Shown here one piece after another: positions 45,136 to 54,768 of a stretch of DNA of 64,000 nucleotides; within the stretch, counting starts at the first letter, position 1; every line of letters begins with the position of its first letter. The stretch comes from Anaerolineales bacterium. GTDB taxonomy: Bacteria > Chloroflexota > Anaerolineae > Anaerolineales > UBA11858. The notes beneath the pieces were generated by a model. It did no database searches, was not told where the DNA came from, and was given only the letters and a program-made list of their open reading frames with translations. The position numbers and the translations under genes were made by a program. The stretch is taken from contig JADHTJ010000007.1 of NCBI GenBank assembly GCA_016785015.1, positions 4,615-68,614 of the forward strand, given 5' to 3'.

Positions 45136-46428
45136 TCAATGGGAGAGTCTGGGTTCTGTTACAAAGAAACGAATGATAACAAAGGCAATCATCGAAATGA
45201 TCAAGGCGGTCAAAAACATGATTGGGTATCCCCATAATTTTATCAATCCACCAGCGATAATCGGCGCGATCAATAAGATTGGTCCCGTGAGAGTTTTTGA
45301 CATCCCAATATAAGTTGGTCGTTCCCCTTCTTCCCCAAATTCCATGGCTATATTCTGATCTGCGATGTATTCTCCTGAGTGGGCAAAGCTAATGATTGCA
45401 AATGCGATGAACAGCCCCCATATAGATTTGACAAACAAGAGAATTAGCAAACCTAATATCAAAAAAAGATTGCAAAACTCTATGACGCGCTTATAGCCAT
45501 CTTTGTCACCAATGGTTCCCCAAATACCATAACCAACGATCTCGGAAGTTAGCATCACACCTGTAAAAATTGCAGAATAGGAAATTGGCAGATTAAATTT
45601 TTGCAAGCCATAAACGGTGACAAATCCTAATCCCATAAAACTTAAAAATACAACTCCCCGGTTGACCAAGTAGATTGCAAAATTTCTGTCTGCTCTAAAA
45701 ATTTCGATTATCCGCCCCCAAACAGTGGTGGTATTTGTTGAAGATTGTCGCTTTATCTCGGGTTCAATAGTAAGGCTTAGGAATATTAATGAAATTAGCA
45801 CACATACAAAACCGGCCAGAAACATAAATGCATAATTAGTAGGATAAGCAATATTGGAAAGCATCAATCCTGTGATGATCGCGCCCACCACGCCCAGTAG
45901 TTTCCCTAGAATTAATGCGAGTCCCCAATAGCGACCTCGATGGGATAAAGGTATAACCGTGGCTATCAACTCCTGCCAGGGTAATGCAACCAGCCCACCT
46001 GAGAAAACTTTTATCCCATAGATCAATAGAAATATTATGATGGCAGCTTTTGAGTCTATCTTGAGAATAAAAAATGTTCCTATAGCGAGGAGCAAAAAGG
46101 GAAGCCGGTCGAATATCCCCATTGTAAGCACCATCGGTAATCGTCGATTCTTACCCTCTATATGTTTGGCTAGGAATAATTGAGGCAAGAACCACCCTGC
46201 ACCTTCTAAGGCGGGTATCATGCCAATCAATATCGGTGAATCGGTTAATGTGCTCATAAATACAGGCATGATTGTATATGCCGCGGCAAAACTGTCACCT
46301 AAAAACCAGAATCCTGCATCCAACATATTCGCAAAAAAGTTACGTTTAAAGTGCTTCACAACCTCTGGATTGAGGGTATGTGAGTTGGGGATCGAAAAAA
46401 AGTTTCTCACATTTATTTTCCTGTACAA
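45136..46428 (-). CDS. MFS transporter
   Basis: About 12 predicted TM helices in a typical MFS layout. Converges on the mttB-like gene with only 3 nt between stops. Confidence 0.8.
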   Translation of the reverse strand: MYRKINVRNFFSIPNSHTLNPEVVKHFKRNFFANMLDAGFWFLGDSFAAAYTIMPVFMSTLTDSPILIGMIPALEGAGWFLPQLFLAKHIEGKNRRLPMVLTMGIFDRLPFLLLAIGTFFILKIDSKAAIIIFLLIYGIKVFSGGLVALPWQELIATVIPLSHRGRYWGLALILGKLLGVVGAIITGLMLSNIAYPTNYAFMFLAGFVCVLISLIFLSLTIEPEIKRQSSTNTTTVWGRIIEIFRADRNFAIYLVNRGVVFLSFMGLGFVTVYGLQKFNLPISYSAIFTGVMLTSEIVGYGIWGTIGDKDGYKRVIEFCNLFLILGLLILLFVKSIWGLFIAFAIISFAHSGEYIADQNIAMEFGEEGERPTYIGMSKTLTGPILLIAPIIAGGLIKLWGYPIMFLTALIISMIAFVIIRFFVTEPRLSH

Positions 46429-46724
46429 TGTACTTATTTGGGTGTTAGGGGAGTTGATTTCCCATCATATTGATGCATCCAACTAAATTCGTTAGGGAAA
46501 TTACGATGTTGTAAACCATTGTGCAGCTGATAGTTTTCGTGATACACGATGCTCAGAGTGAAACACGGTTACTATATCATCTGCATTATAGCATATCAGT
46601 TGCATTATATTCAGTAATAATCAAAAATTGTGTCGAATATGGTAATTATTTATGTTTAGTATTGACATTTTGGTAATAATCAGTTATTTTAGATGAAATA
46701 AACTAATAACATTGGTTGGGGCAT

Positions 46725-47204
46725 ATGGATAAACCAGATTGCACAGATTGGGAGATTATTGCGCTGTTGAACGAGGAAGGGCGCATGCCAAGTACCGAGA
46801 TTGCTCGGCGGCTGGGGAATGTGTCCGCACGTACAGTGACCAATCGAATCAACACCTTGACCGAAAAAGGCATCATCAATGTTCGAGCCATCGTGAACCC
46901 AGAGCCGGTTGGGTACAATGTGATGGCGGATGTTTTCATCGAAGTTGAACCGGGAAGGGTGCGCGAGGTGGCAAGAAAAACAGCCGAATTTCCCGAGGTC
47001 ACGTATGTTGCTTGTGCCACCGGAGCAACGGACGTCAGCATCTCATTACGGGTGCGCAGTATCGAAGAAATGTTCAACTTTGTATCGGAGAAGATAGGCA
47101 AGATACCCGGTGTGACCCGAACCCAATCCTATCTTTTGCCTCTGAAAATTAAGGATTTTGACACCTGGATGCCCCCAAATGTTCTAAAGCCCAGAGATGA
47201 GTGA
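46725..47204 (+). CDS. Lrp/AsnC family transcriptional regulator
   Basis: DWEIIALLNEEGRMPSTEIARRLGNVSARTVTNRINTL plus a RAM domain. ATG 46725 is preferred over the ORF-track TTG at 46716. Confidence 0.85.
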   Translation: MDKPDCTDWEIIALLNEEGRMPSTEIARRLGNVSARTVTNRINTLTEKGIINVRAIVNPEPVGYNVMADVFIEVEPGRVREVARKTAEFPEVTYVACATGATDVSISLRVRSIEEMFNFVSEKIGKIPGVTRTQSYLLPLKIKDFDTWMPPNVLKPRDE

Positions 47205-47385
47205 ATTGTTCTTCCTGGGTTTTTTATTTATTAAATAAAACTCTCCATTTTTTTGTTGGTGTATCACTTGGAATATTTGTGCGTTGCATCTCACCCAGAG
47301 GAGGCACAATTGGAAAATTGATTGTAAATCTGCAAACATGATTGAATGATATCGCTATTCTTATTTGTTAATAAGGAGGTTTTTT

Positions 47386-48033
47386 ATGTCAGATATGTTT
47401 GAGAAGTTGGCCCAGGCCGTGATTGATGGAGAGCCGGAAGATGCCGTCGCCCTTGCGACAGAGGCCCTCGATCAGGGTTTGGATCCTTTAGATTGCATCA
47501 CCAAAGGTTTAACAAAAGGGATCCAGAAAGTGGGTGAATTATTTGCCAGTGGCGAATACTATTTACCTGAACTGATCATCGGCGCTGATGCTATGAAGGA
47601 TGCCTTGGAAATTCTCGAGCCTGCCCTTGTCGGAGATCAGAAACGCGATGTTGTCGCTACTGTGGTTCTGGGAACGGTTCAAGGCGATTTGCATGAAATC
47701 GGTAAGACGCTGGTTGGAACCATGTTGACAGCGAACGGTTTCCGGGTCAAGGATATTGGCGTAGATCAGCCGGCATCGGCTTTTGTTGAAGCGGTAAAAG
47801 AAGTTGATGCAACTATCATCGGAGCGTCAGCACTGCTGACAACTACTATGCTGCAGCAAGAAAAACTCATCCAGGCTTTGGACGAAGCTGGCTTGAGACA
47901 AAAAGTAAAAGTTATGGTCGGAGGGGCACCTGTGACTGACGAATTTGCGAAGAGGATTGGCGCAGATGGATATGCTGAAGATGCCATCTCCGCCGTTAAT
48001 CTGGCTTATCGCCTGGCAGATGCTCCGGTATAA
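47386..48033 (+). CDS. Corrinoid (cobalamin-binding) methyl-carrier protein, MtgC/MttC-like
   Basis: B12-binding_2 helical cap followed by a Rossmann domain with GDLHEIGKTLVG (DxHxxG), SALLTTT (SxL) and MVGGAP (GG). ATG 47386 with an aaggagg RBS. Confidence 0.9.
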   Translation: MSDMFEKLAQAVIDGEPEDAVALATEALDQGLDPLDCITKGLTKGIQKVGELFASGEYYLPELIIGADAMKDALEILEPALVGDQKRDVVATVVLGTVQGDLHEIGKTLVGTMLTANGFRVKDIGVDQPASAFVEAVKEVDATIIGASALLTTTMLQQEKLIQALDEAGLRQKVKVMVGGAPVTDEFAKRIGADGYAEDAISAVNLAYRLADAPV

Positions 48034-48090
48034 ATTTTGGTGAAAAACCCTATTTTTATAGTTCATACACATACCTAAAGGAGGTTTCAG

Positions 48091-49818
48091 ATGAACTACA
48101 GTAAAAAATGGCTAAAAGGCTTGGTGTTTGGGCTTATCACGCTGATGATAATTGTTAGCGTTGTGAGCTGCGCGCCAAAGCCGGCGGCCGAAGAACCCGC
48201 TGCCGAAGAACCGGCTGCAGAAGAACCCGTCATGGAAAAGACCAGCATCACAATTATGATCCCAGACAATCCCGTAGCATTCAATGGTATTAATACCGAC
48301 ACGGGGTACGAACAGGCTTTGGGAGAACTGGTTATGCTCTCGCTGGCAGAAGTTGACCCCAATGGCAACCTCTATCCGGAATTGGCAGCCGAGATTCCCA
48401 CCGTCGAAAATGGCGGTGTGGTTGTCGATGAAGATGCCTGGACGATGACAGCCACCTGGAAGCTGCGCGCGGATGTCTACTGGGCAGATGGCGAGCAGGT
48501 CACGGCAGATGATGTCGTCTTTACCTGGAATGCCATGGTAGATGCCGGAGCATGGTACGCGCCGATGGATTACACAGATTCGGTTGAAAAGGTTGATGAC
48601 TTCACTGTCCTGGTTACCTTTAACACGGTATTTCCCGCTTACGATCTAATGTTTGGCGGAGAAGATGTCTTCATCTATGCCGAGCACTACTGTGACGCTG
48701 AGGCGGGTTTTTACGAGTGGAATTGTGATGATCAGCCTCTGAGCAGTGGCCCATATATCCTCGAAGAGTGGGTTGCCGATGATCACCTGACATTTGTCAG
48801 AAATGAGAACTATTACGAAGAGGGCAAACCGGCCATCGACCAGATCATCGTTCAGATTGTTCCTGAAGAACCCGTCAAACAAGCCATGTTGCTCGAAGGC
48901 GATGCCGATCTTCACTACTGGCCGGCAGAGCCTGCTTCTGATGTGTACAAAGAGGAAGGCAATGCCGCTAACTATGCAAAATCGCCCACGGAACGCTGGG
49001 TGATGAGATTGATCCCCAACATGTATGTCAAAGGGGATCGTGAAACCCCACACCCATTCCTCTCAGATGTAAACGTACGGCGCGCTATGCGCATGGCAGT
49101 TGATGTAGACACGATCATCGATGATATTTTCCTCGGTTACGGTGTACCGGTCTGGAACGACTTTTTCCGACCGCCTTTCAATGGATGTGATATCCCCAGG
49201 CCAGAATATGACCTGGAAGGCGCGGCCGCGCTGTTGAAGGAAGCCGGCTGGGAAGACACCGATGGTGATGGTATCAATGAGTGCCACGGCTGCCCCAACG
49301 CTGAAGAAGGCACGCTGATGACTATGGAATTCGCAATCTACGCTGAATATGGCGAACCCCTGGAATTGTCGCAGCAGCTCATCGCTGAAAGCTGGAAATC
49401 GATTGGAATTGCTACCGAACTGCAGATCATCGAAGGCGCTATCATGTGGGCTGAGGAAGAAGATGGCGGCACTGAAATTGCCGGCAACTTCGAACTCGAT
49501 ATGTGGGATGACGGCTATGCCGGCACCGACCCAGCCGACCAGATCTGGACTTTCTATTCTTCCGGAAGCGATTGGAATTACGGTTGGTGGGTAAACGAAG
49601 ATATGGATGCCTGGATCGATGAATTCTATTCGCTGGATGAAGAGTACCGGCTAGAAGTCGGCTGTGAAATGGCAGCTATTCTTGAAGCTGAACTGCCGCA
49701 GATTTTGCTCTTCTCAACACTGGAACAGCATGGCATTTCTTTACGGCTTAAAGGCGTGCTCCCCTCAGCCAATGATCCTGTGACCTGGAACATTGCAGAT
49801 TGGACGCTTGAAGAATAG
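48091..49818 (+). CDS. ABC transporter substrate-binding lipoprotein, family 5 (peptide/opine/nickel type)
   Basis: Signal peptide plus lipobox VVSC, an (AAEEP)x3 linker, then an SBP_bac_5-like body. Confidence 0.85.
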   Translation: MNYSKKWLKGLVFGLITLMIIVSVVSCAPKPAAEEPAAEEPAAEEPVMEKTSITIMIPDNPVAFNGINTDTGYEQALGELVMLSLAEVDPNGNLYPELAAEIPTVENGGVVVDEDAWTMTATWKLRADVYWADGEQVTADDVVFTWNAMVDAGAWYAPMDYTDSVEKVDDFTVLVTFNTVFPAYDLMFGGEDVFIYAEHYCDAEAGFYEWNCDDQPLSSGPYILEEWVADDHLTFVRNENYYEEGKPAIDQIIVQIVPEEPVKQAMLLEGDADLHYWPAEPASDVYKEEGNAANYAKSPTERWVMRLIPNMYVKGDRETPHPFLSDVNVRRAMRMAVDVDTIIDDIFLGYGVPVWNDFFRPPFNGCDIPRPEYDLEGAAALLKEAGWEDTDGDGINECHGCPNAEEGTLMTMEFAIYAEYGEPLELSQQLIAESWKSIGIATELQIIEGAIMWAEEEDGGTEIAGNFELDMWDDGYAGTDPADQIWTFYSSGSDWNYGWWVNEDMDAWIDEFYSLDEEYRLEVGCEMAAILEAELPQILLFSTLEQHGISLRLKGVLPSANDPVTWNIADWTLEE

Positions 49819-49846
49819 AACATAGAGACTATCGTTCGTTTAAATA

Positions 49847-49876
49847 GGGGGAGGTTCATTATTTGGACCTCCCCCC
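49847..49876 (+). promoter_or_regulatory. Intra-operon hairpin between the SBP and permease genes
   Basis: gggggaggt...acctccccc stem. It overlaps the ORF-track start 49863, which supports ATG 49893 as the permease start. Confidence 0.45.
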
Positions 49877-49892
49877 GTATATAGGAGTGAGT

Positions 49893-50933
49893 ATGGGAAC
49901 ATATATCATACGCCGTCTGCTTCAGGCCATCCCGATGTTGTTTTTAGTCAGCATTGTTCTTTTTGCGTTGGTCAACATCGCCCCAGGCGGACCAATGAGC
50001 GCTTACAGCCGCACAAATCGGATGCCTGAGGAGAAGAAAGAAGCCATCCGGCGGTCATTTGGCCTCGATAAACCATTGCCGGTTCAATATATAGTCTGGT
50101 TGGTGGGGAATGACTGGATGCAGATTGATACGGATGGAGATGACATCCCAGACGGCTATGGAACTCGTAGAGGTATCTTGCGCGGTGATTTTGGTTTTTC
50201 ATACAAGAATCGTGAACCTGTATTAGACCAAATTGCAGATCGGCTGCCCAACACGGTCTACTTGATGTTCTTCACATTGCTCTTCACCGGAATCGTCGCG
50301 ATTCCGATTGGCATTATTTCAGCAATCAAACAATATTCTGGCTTTGATATTACAGCCACAACCTTATCCTTTATGGGGCAGGCCATCCCTGAATTCTGGT
50401 TGGGCCTACTCCTAATCCTGATCTTTTACGCCACTCTAAACAATCCGTTCACTGGCGAAGCCCTACTACCTTCAGGTGGTATGTATACCCTGGGAGAAGA
50501 ATTCTCCATTTGGGACAGGGTCAAACATCTGATCCTTCCCGTTACCATGGGGATGGTGGGTTGGATCGCCTGGTATTCACGCTTCCTGCGCTCCAGCATG
50601 CTTGAAGTCATCAATCAAGATTACATCCGCACAGCACGTGCAAAGGGGCAACTCGAGCGAAAAGTACTCTATAAACATGCCCTCAGAAATGCACTTATCC
50701 CTTTAGTCACCATGTTTGCCTTAGATTTTCCATACATATTTACAGGTTCCCTTTATGCTGAGTTGCTCTTTTCCTGGCCGGGAATGGGGCGCTTGTTCTA
50801 TACCTCGGCGACATCTCGAGATTACCCCATTCTGTTGGCAATCTTGATCATTGGAGCTGGCATCGTTGTTCTGAGCAATTTAATGGCCGATATCGCTTAC
50901 GCATATTTAGATCCAAGAGTGCGTTACGAATAG
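49893..50933 (+). CDS. ABC transporter permease (DppB/OppB-like)
   Basis: MGTYIIRRLLQAIPMLFLVSIVLFAL N-terminus and an EAA-loop region (YIRTARAKG). Confidence 0.9.
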   Translation: MGTYIIRRLLQAIPMLFLVSIVLFALVNIAPGGPMSAYSRTNRMPEEKKEAIRRSFGLDKPLPVQYIVWLVGNDWMQIDTDGDDIPDGYGTRRGILRGDFGFSYKNREPVLDQIADRLPNTVYLMFFTLLFTGIVAIPIGIISAIKQYSGFDITATTLSFMGQAIPEFWLGLLLILIFYATLNNPFTGEALLPSGGMYTLGEEFSIWDRVKHLILPVTMGMVGWIAWYSRFLRSSMLEVINQDYIRTARAKGQLERKVLYKHALRNALIPLVTMFALDFPYIFTGSLYAELLFSWPGMGRLFYTSATSRDYPILLAILIIGAGIVVLSNLMADIAYAYLDPRVRYE

Positions 50934-50954
50934 TTGAGAGTTACAACAAACCTT

Positions 50955-51896
50955 ATGAACTCCAATGAAAAAAAACTCGAAATAAAAGGCGAAGCAAGCG
51001 CTGGAATGCGCCCTCCAGAAACAATGACCAGCATGGCCTGGAAGCGTTTCCGCCGCCACCCAGGAGCCATGATTGGGGCAGTTGTATTGGTAATCTTGAT
51101 CTTAGCAACCCTGTTTGCCGGTTTATCCCCCTATGATCCAGAAAAATCAGATATCAAGAACAGGTTCCAAGCACCTTCATGGGAACATCCTTTTGGAACT
51201 GATGGGTTAGGAAGAGATCTTTTGACCCGCACCCTCTTTGGAGGGCGGGTTTCTTTGTCCGTGGGACTGATGGTAGTCGGCATAACCTTGAGCATTGGAG
51301 TCCCCATCGGTTCGATAGCCGGTTTCTATGGTGGGTGGGTAGACGCCATCCTGATGCGGATTATTGATGCCACGCTCTCAATCCCTTCGTTGATGTTTCT
51401 AATTCTTTTGGCCGCCATCCTGCGTGAGACCGATCTGCCCTTTGTTAAAGGCAACAGCGTCATGACCATCGCAGTGGTTCTGGGAGTACTTACCTGGCCA
51501 ACCGTTGCCCGGTTGGTGCGGGCGGTTTTTCTCACCGTGCGGGAGTTGGAATATGTTAAGGCTGCCGAGGCTTTAGGCGCCTCGGACTTGAGGATTATCG
51601 TGAAAGAAGTATTACCCAATGGTTTTGGCCCCGTTATTGTTGAGTCTACTTTGGGTGTAGGCTATGCCATTATGGAGGAATCGGGCTTATCATTTTTGGG
51701 GTTTGGGATTATGCCGCCGACACCTAGCTGGGGCAATTTGCTCAATAATGCCCAAGAACATCTCATCCAATATCCCTGGTTGGCAATATTCCCCGGTATG
51801 ATGATCTTTTTTACCATCATTTCTGTTAATTATATTGGAGATGGACTACGAGATGCCTTAGACCCTTATAAAGTGCTTGCAGAAATTGGAGAATAA
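50955..51896 (+). CDS. ABC transporter permease (DppC/OppC-like)
   Basis: HPFGTDGLGRDLLTR motif, 6 TM helices, EAA-like YVKAAEALGAS. The start is uncertain (TTG 50934 or ATG 50955). Confidence 0.85.
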   Translation: MNSNEKKLEIKGEASAGMRPPETMTSMAWKRFRRHPGAMIGAVVLVILILATLFAGLSPYDPEKSDIKNRFQAPSWEHPFGTDGLGRDLLTRTLFGGRVSLSVGLMVVGITLSIGVPIGSIAGFYGGWVDAILMRIIDATLSIPSLMFLILLAAILRETDLPFVKGNSVMTIAVVLGVLTWPTVARLVRAVFLTVRELEYVKAAEALGASDLRIIVKEVLPNGFGPVIVESTLGVGYAIMEESGLSFLGFGIMPPTPSWGNLLNNAQEHLIQYPWLAIFPGMMIFFTIISVNYIGDGLRDALDPYKVLAEIGE

Positions 51897-51916
51897 AAAA
51901 AGTTAAATAGGACAAT

Positions 51917-53371
51917 ATGTCTACATCACAAACAATTATTACGCCAATTAAAACCGATTTGAAGCTTAACTGCCTGACGGATGAACAGCTCAGTCAGTTG
52001 CAGGAAGCCACACTCCAAATTTTGGAGACCGTGGGTGTGAAATTCCCTTCGGACAAAGCCATGGCCATATTCGAAGAGCATGGCGCTCAGGTTGACAGGG
52101 AGACTCAAATTGTCAGGATCCCGCGCGAGCTGGTCATGCAGGCCATGTCCACGGTGCCGCGTTATTTCACCTTAGGAGCTCGTAACCCTGAGCTCGACTT
52201 GCAATTGCAAGACGGTGTCACTTTCTTTACTAATGACGGCTGTGGTCACGATGTCGTTGATTCCAAAACAGGCGAACGACGAGCATCTACAAAAGCTGAC
52301 GTAGGTATGATGGCGCGGATCAATGATTACCTGTCATCTATGTCATTTAGTTGGACCATGGTTAGTGCTCAGGATTGTGGTGTTACCTCCCCCCTTCATG
52401 AGATAGATATTACCTGGAGAAACAATACAAAACACTATCAGAGTGTTACGATGATGGGTGAGGAGATTTGTCGCTACGGGGTGGAAATGGCAACTGTGCT
52501 GCGAGGAAGCATAGAAGAGGTGCGACAGCGTCCGCCAATATCATTAATTGTTTGCTCCATTGCACCTCTAGTTCAAGATAAAGAGGCAATTGAAGGGGCG
52601 CTGGTTTTAGGGGAAGCTGGAATCCCAATAGTGGTGATGTCTATGCCGACCATGGGAACAACGGCCCCTGCCACATACGCCGGAGCACTGGCAGTTGGGG
52701 ATGCAGAAGTTATCAGTGCCACAGTGTTGATGCAATTGGCCAATCCTGGAGCGCCCGTGTTTCATTCAATCTTGCACGCTTGGGCTGACCCCCGCACGGC
52801 TGCGTATGTTGGCTATCCATTGGATTCACGCGCCCGCTATGCTCCGGTTGAAATGGCTCATCATTGGGGAATGCCTGCTCTTGGCGGGGCGTTTGGTACT
52901 GAGAGCCCTGAGCTGGATAGTTGGCAATCGGCTGCCGAAGTCGCCACAGATCCGCTCCTGGTAGGATTGGCTGGGGCTGAAATCGTAACCGGTATTGGTT
53001 TGCGGGATTCTTATACATTGCTCTACCCTGAAGCTATCATCCTTGACGATGATCTTCTCCATCAGGCGCGTTATTCCTTGCTTAATATGGAAGTCAGTCC
53101 AGAAACCCTGGCCATCGATGTGATTTCTAAAGTTCAGCCGGGTGGGCACTTCTTGAGCCAAAAGCACACTCGCAAACACATGCGCACAGCAATGGTGCGC
53201 GGTGTATGCCACCAATTGGATTCAGAGGGAAAGTATCGTCATCCAGTTGAATACGCACGCGAGAAAGTTACATGGATATTAAAGAATCATCATCCGGAAA
53301 CACCCTCAGCAGAGGTGCAGAAAGAAATCAACCGGATTTTGGAAACAGCTGATAAAGAGCTAAAAGGGTAA
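51917..53371 (+). CDS. MttB-superfamily (non-Pyl) substrate:corrinoid methyltransferase
   Basis: EEHGAQVD, MARINDYLSSMSFSWTMVSAQD, GHFLSQKHTRKHM. Confidence 0.9.
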   Translation: MSTSQTIITPIKTDLKLNCLTDEQLSQLQEATLQILETVGVKFPSDKAMAIFEEHGAQVDRETQIVRIPRELVMQAMSTVPRYFTLGARNPELDLQLQDGVTFFTNDGCGHDVVDSKTGERRASTKADVGMMARINDYLSSMSFSWTMVSAQDCGVTSPLHEIDITWRNNTKHYQSVTMMGEEICRYGVEMATVLRGSIEEVRQRPPISLIVCSIAPLVQDKEAIEGALVLGEAGIPIVVMSMPTMGTTAPATYAGALAVGDAEVISATVLMQLANPGAPVFHSILHAWADPRTAAYVGYPLDSRARYAPVEMAHHWGMPALGGAFGTESPELDSWQSAAEVATDPLLVGLAGAEIVTGIGLRDSYTLLYPEAIILDDDLLHQARYSLLNMEVSPETLAIDVISKVQPGGHFLSQKHTRKHMRTAMVRGVCHQLDSEGKYRHPVEYAREKVTWILKNHHPETPSAEVQKEINRILETADKELKG

Positions 53372-53376
53372 TTCTC

Positions 53377-54768
53377 GTGTATTCATTGCAGTCAGCCTTA
53401 TCCGAAGGTGATGTCAAACGCATCCACGAGCACAGCCTGGATGTGCTTGAGAATGTTGGCATCGACTACAAGACTCCCAAGGCACTAGAAATCCTGGAAG
53501 AGCGGGGTTGTCGTGTTGACTATGACCGAAACTGGGTTTCTATCTCTCCAGACCTGGTAGAGTGGGCCATTGATCAGGCACCACGCGATGTGCTTCTTTC
53601 TGCCCGTGATCCTGAGCGCGATGTTCTGTTAGATGGAAAAAGCTCACACCATACAACCGACAGCCAGGGCACCCAGGCGACAGATTTTGAAACCGGTAAA
53701 GTCCATGATTCTGGCGCCGAGGACCTAAAGAAGATGCTGCTTGTCGCTGATGTGCTGGATAAGGTTGAAATCGTCAATGTGACTGTTTCAGCAAGCGACA
53801 TCCCTGCCCACTTACGTACGATTTATCACTTTGCCCAGGCATTTACCCTGACGAGTAAGCACGTGCGCACGGGGGTGCTCAATGCACAGCAAGTGCAATT
53901 CCTGGTTGAGCTTGTTAAGGCTGTGACTGGAAATGATGCCTTCAGACCGATCTTCTCCGTTGTAGATTGCACCATCTCTCCTTTAATGCACGATGGTCCC
54001 ATGACCGAAGCATGCATCGAATTGGCCAAGCTTAATGTCCCTATTATGGTTTATCCCATGCCTCTGGCTGGCGGAACTTCACCCGTCACGCTTGGGGGCA
54101 CTATGTTGATGCATAATATCGAATTCCTGAGTGGATTGGTACTCTTCCAATGTACCAACCCGGGTGCGCCGATAATTTATGGGACGGGCTCGTCACAGTT
54201 GGATATGAAGACGGGTCGCTACGGGGGCAGCGCCGATGGCTATGGGGTTGGGGCAGCATTGATCAATCTGGCCCGCCTCTATGATCTCCCAGCAAACCTG
54301 GGAGGCACATCGACCAAATCAAAACAGCTCGATGCTCAATATGGATATGAAGCTCTGGCGGCAACGATGCTGTCTTATCTGGCGGGTGCCGATGAAATCT
54401 ACAGCGTGGGGTTGTTGGGCGCGGCTCAAATCCTGTCATTGGACAAGATGGTTTTGGATAACCATATCATTCACCAGCTTGAAGCCATGTTGAGGCCTAT
54501 TAATTTGGATGAAGATCACCTTCAAGCAGAATTGATCAAGCAGGTTGGCATTGGAGGAGAATTTCTCACGCAGAGGGAAACCTTGAAATATACCCGCACA
54601 GAATATGTCCCCATTTGGCCGCCCCATGGAGTGGATTTGCTGGATATGATCCACGCCGAGGCGCAGGAAATCCTTGAGACTCATACCCCACCCCCTCTAC
54701 CAGATGGGGCAGAAACGCGCATTCAAGAAATTCTAGATGAAGCGGATAAGGCATTAGTTGACAAATGA
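53377..54768 (+). CDS. MttB-superfamily methyltransferase, divergent paralog
   Basis: GTG start. IHEHSLDVLENVGIDY and GGEFLTQRETLKYTR. Overall collinear with the MttB fold, with no in-frame TAG. Confidence 0.8.
   Translation: MYSLQSALSEGDVKRIHEHSLDVLENVGIDYKTPKALEILEERGCRVDYDRNWVSISPDLVEWAIDQAPRDVLLSARDPERDVLLDGKSSHHTTDSQGTQATDFETGKVHDSGAEDLKKMLLVADVLDKVEIVNVTVSASDIPAHLRTIYHFAQAFTLTSKHVRTGVLNAQQVQFLVELVKAVTGNDAFRPIFSVVDCTISPLMHDGPMTEACIELAKLNVPIMVYPMPLAGGTSPVTLGGTMLMHNIEFLSGLVLFQCTNPGAPIIYGTGSSQLDMKTGRYGGSADGYGVGAALINLARLYDLPANLGGTSTKSKQLDAQYGYEALAATMLSYLAGADEIYSVGLLGAAQILSLDKMVLDNHIIHQLEAMLRPINLDEDHLQAELIKQVGIGGEFLTQRETLKYTRTEYVPIWPPHGVDLLDMIHAEAQEILETHTPPPLPDGAETRIQEILDEADKALVDK

Noticed and set aside
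45136-46715. Visibly AT-richer stretch (MFS gene plus upstream intergenic region), considered as a horizontally acquired islet.
   Set aside because: Hydrophobic membrane proteins and promoter regions are normally AT-enriched. There are no flanking repeats, tRNA or integrase. I cannot compute the statistics needed to support foreign origin.
47205-47385. Looked for a cobalamin riboswitch upstream of the corrinoid protein/ABC operon (also upstream of 22502 and 38070).
   Set aside because: I could not find a B12-box-like core or the expected GC-rich multi-stem architecture. The region is AT-rich and promoter-like. A covariance-model scan (Rfam RF00174) would be the decisive check.
48184-48228. 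Three tandem 15-nt repeats.
   Set aside because: They encode the (AAEEP)x3 low-complexity tether directly after the lipobox cysteine of the SBP. This is a protein linker, not a regulatory or mobile DNA repeat.
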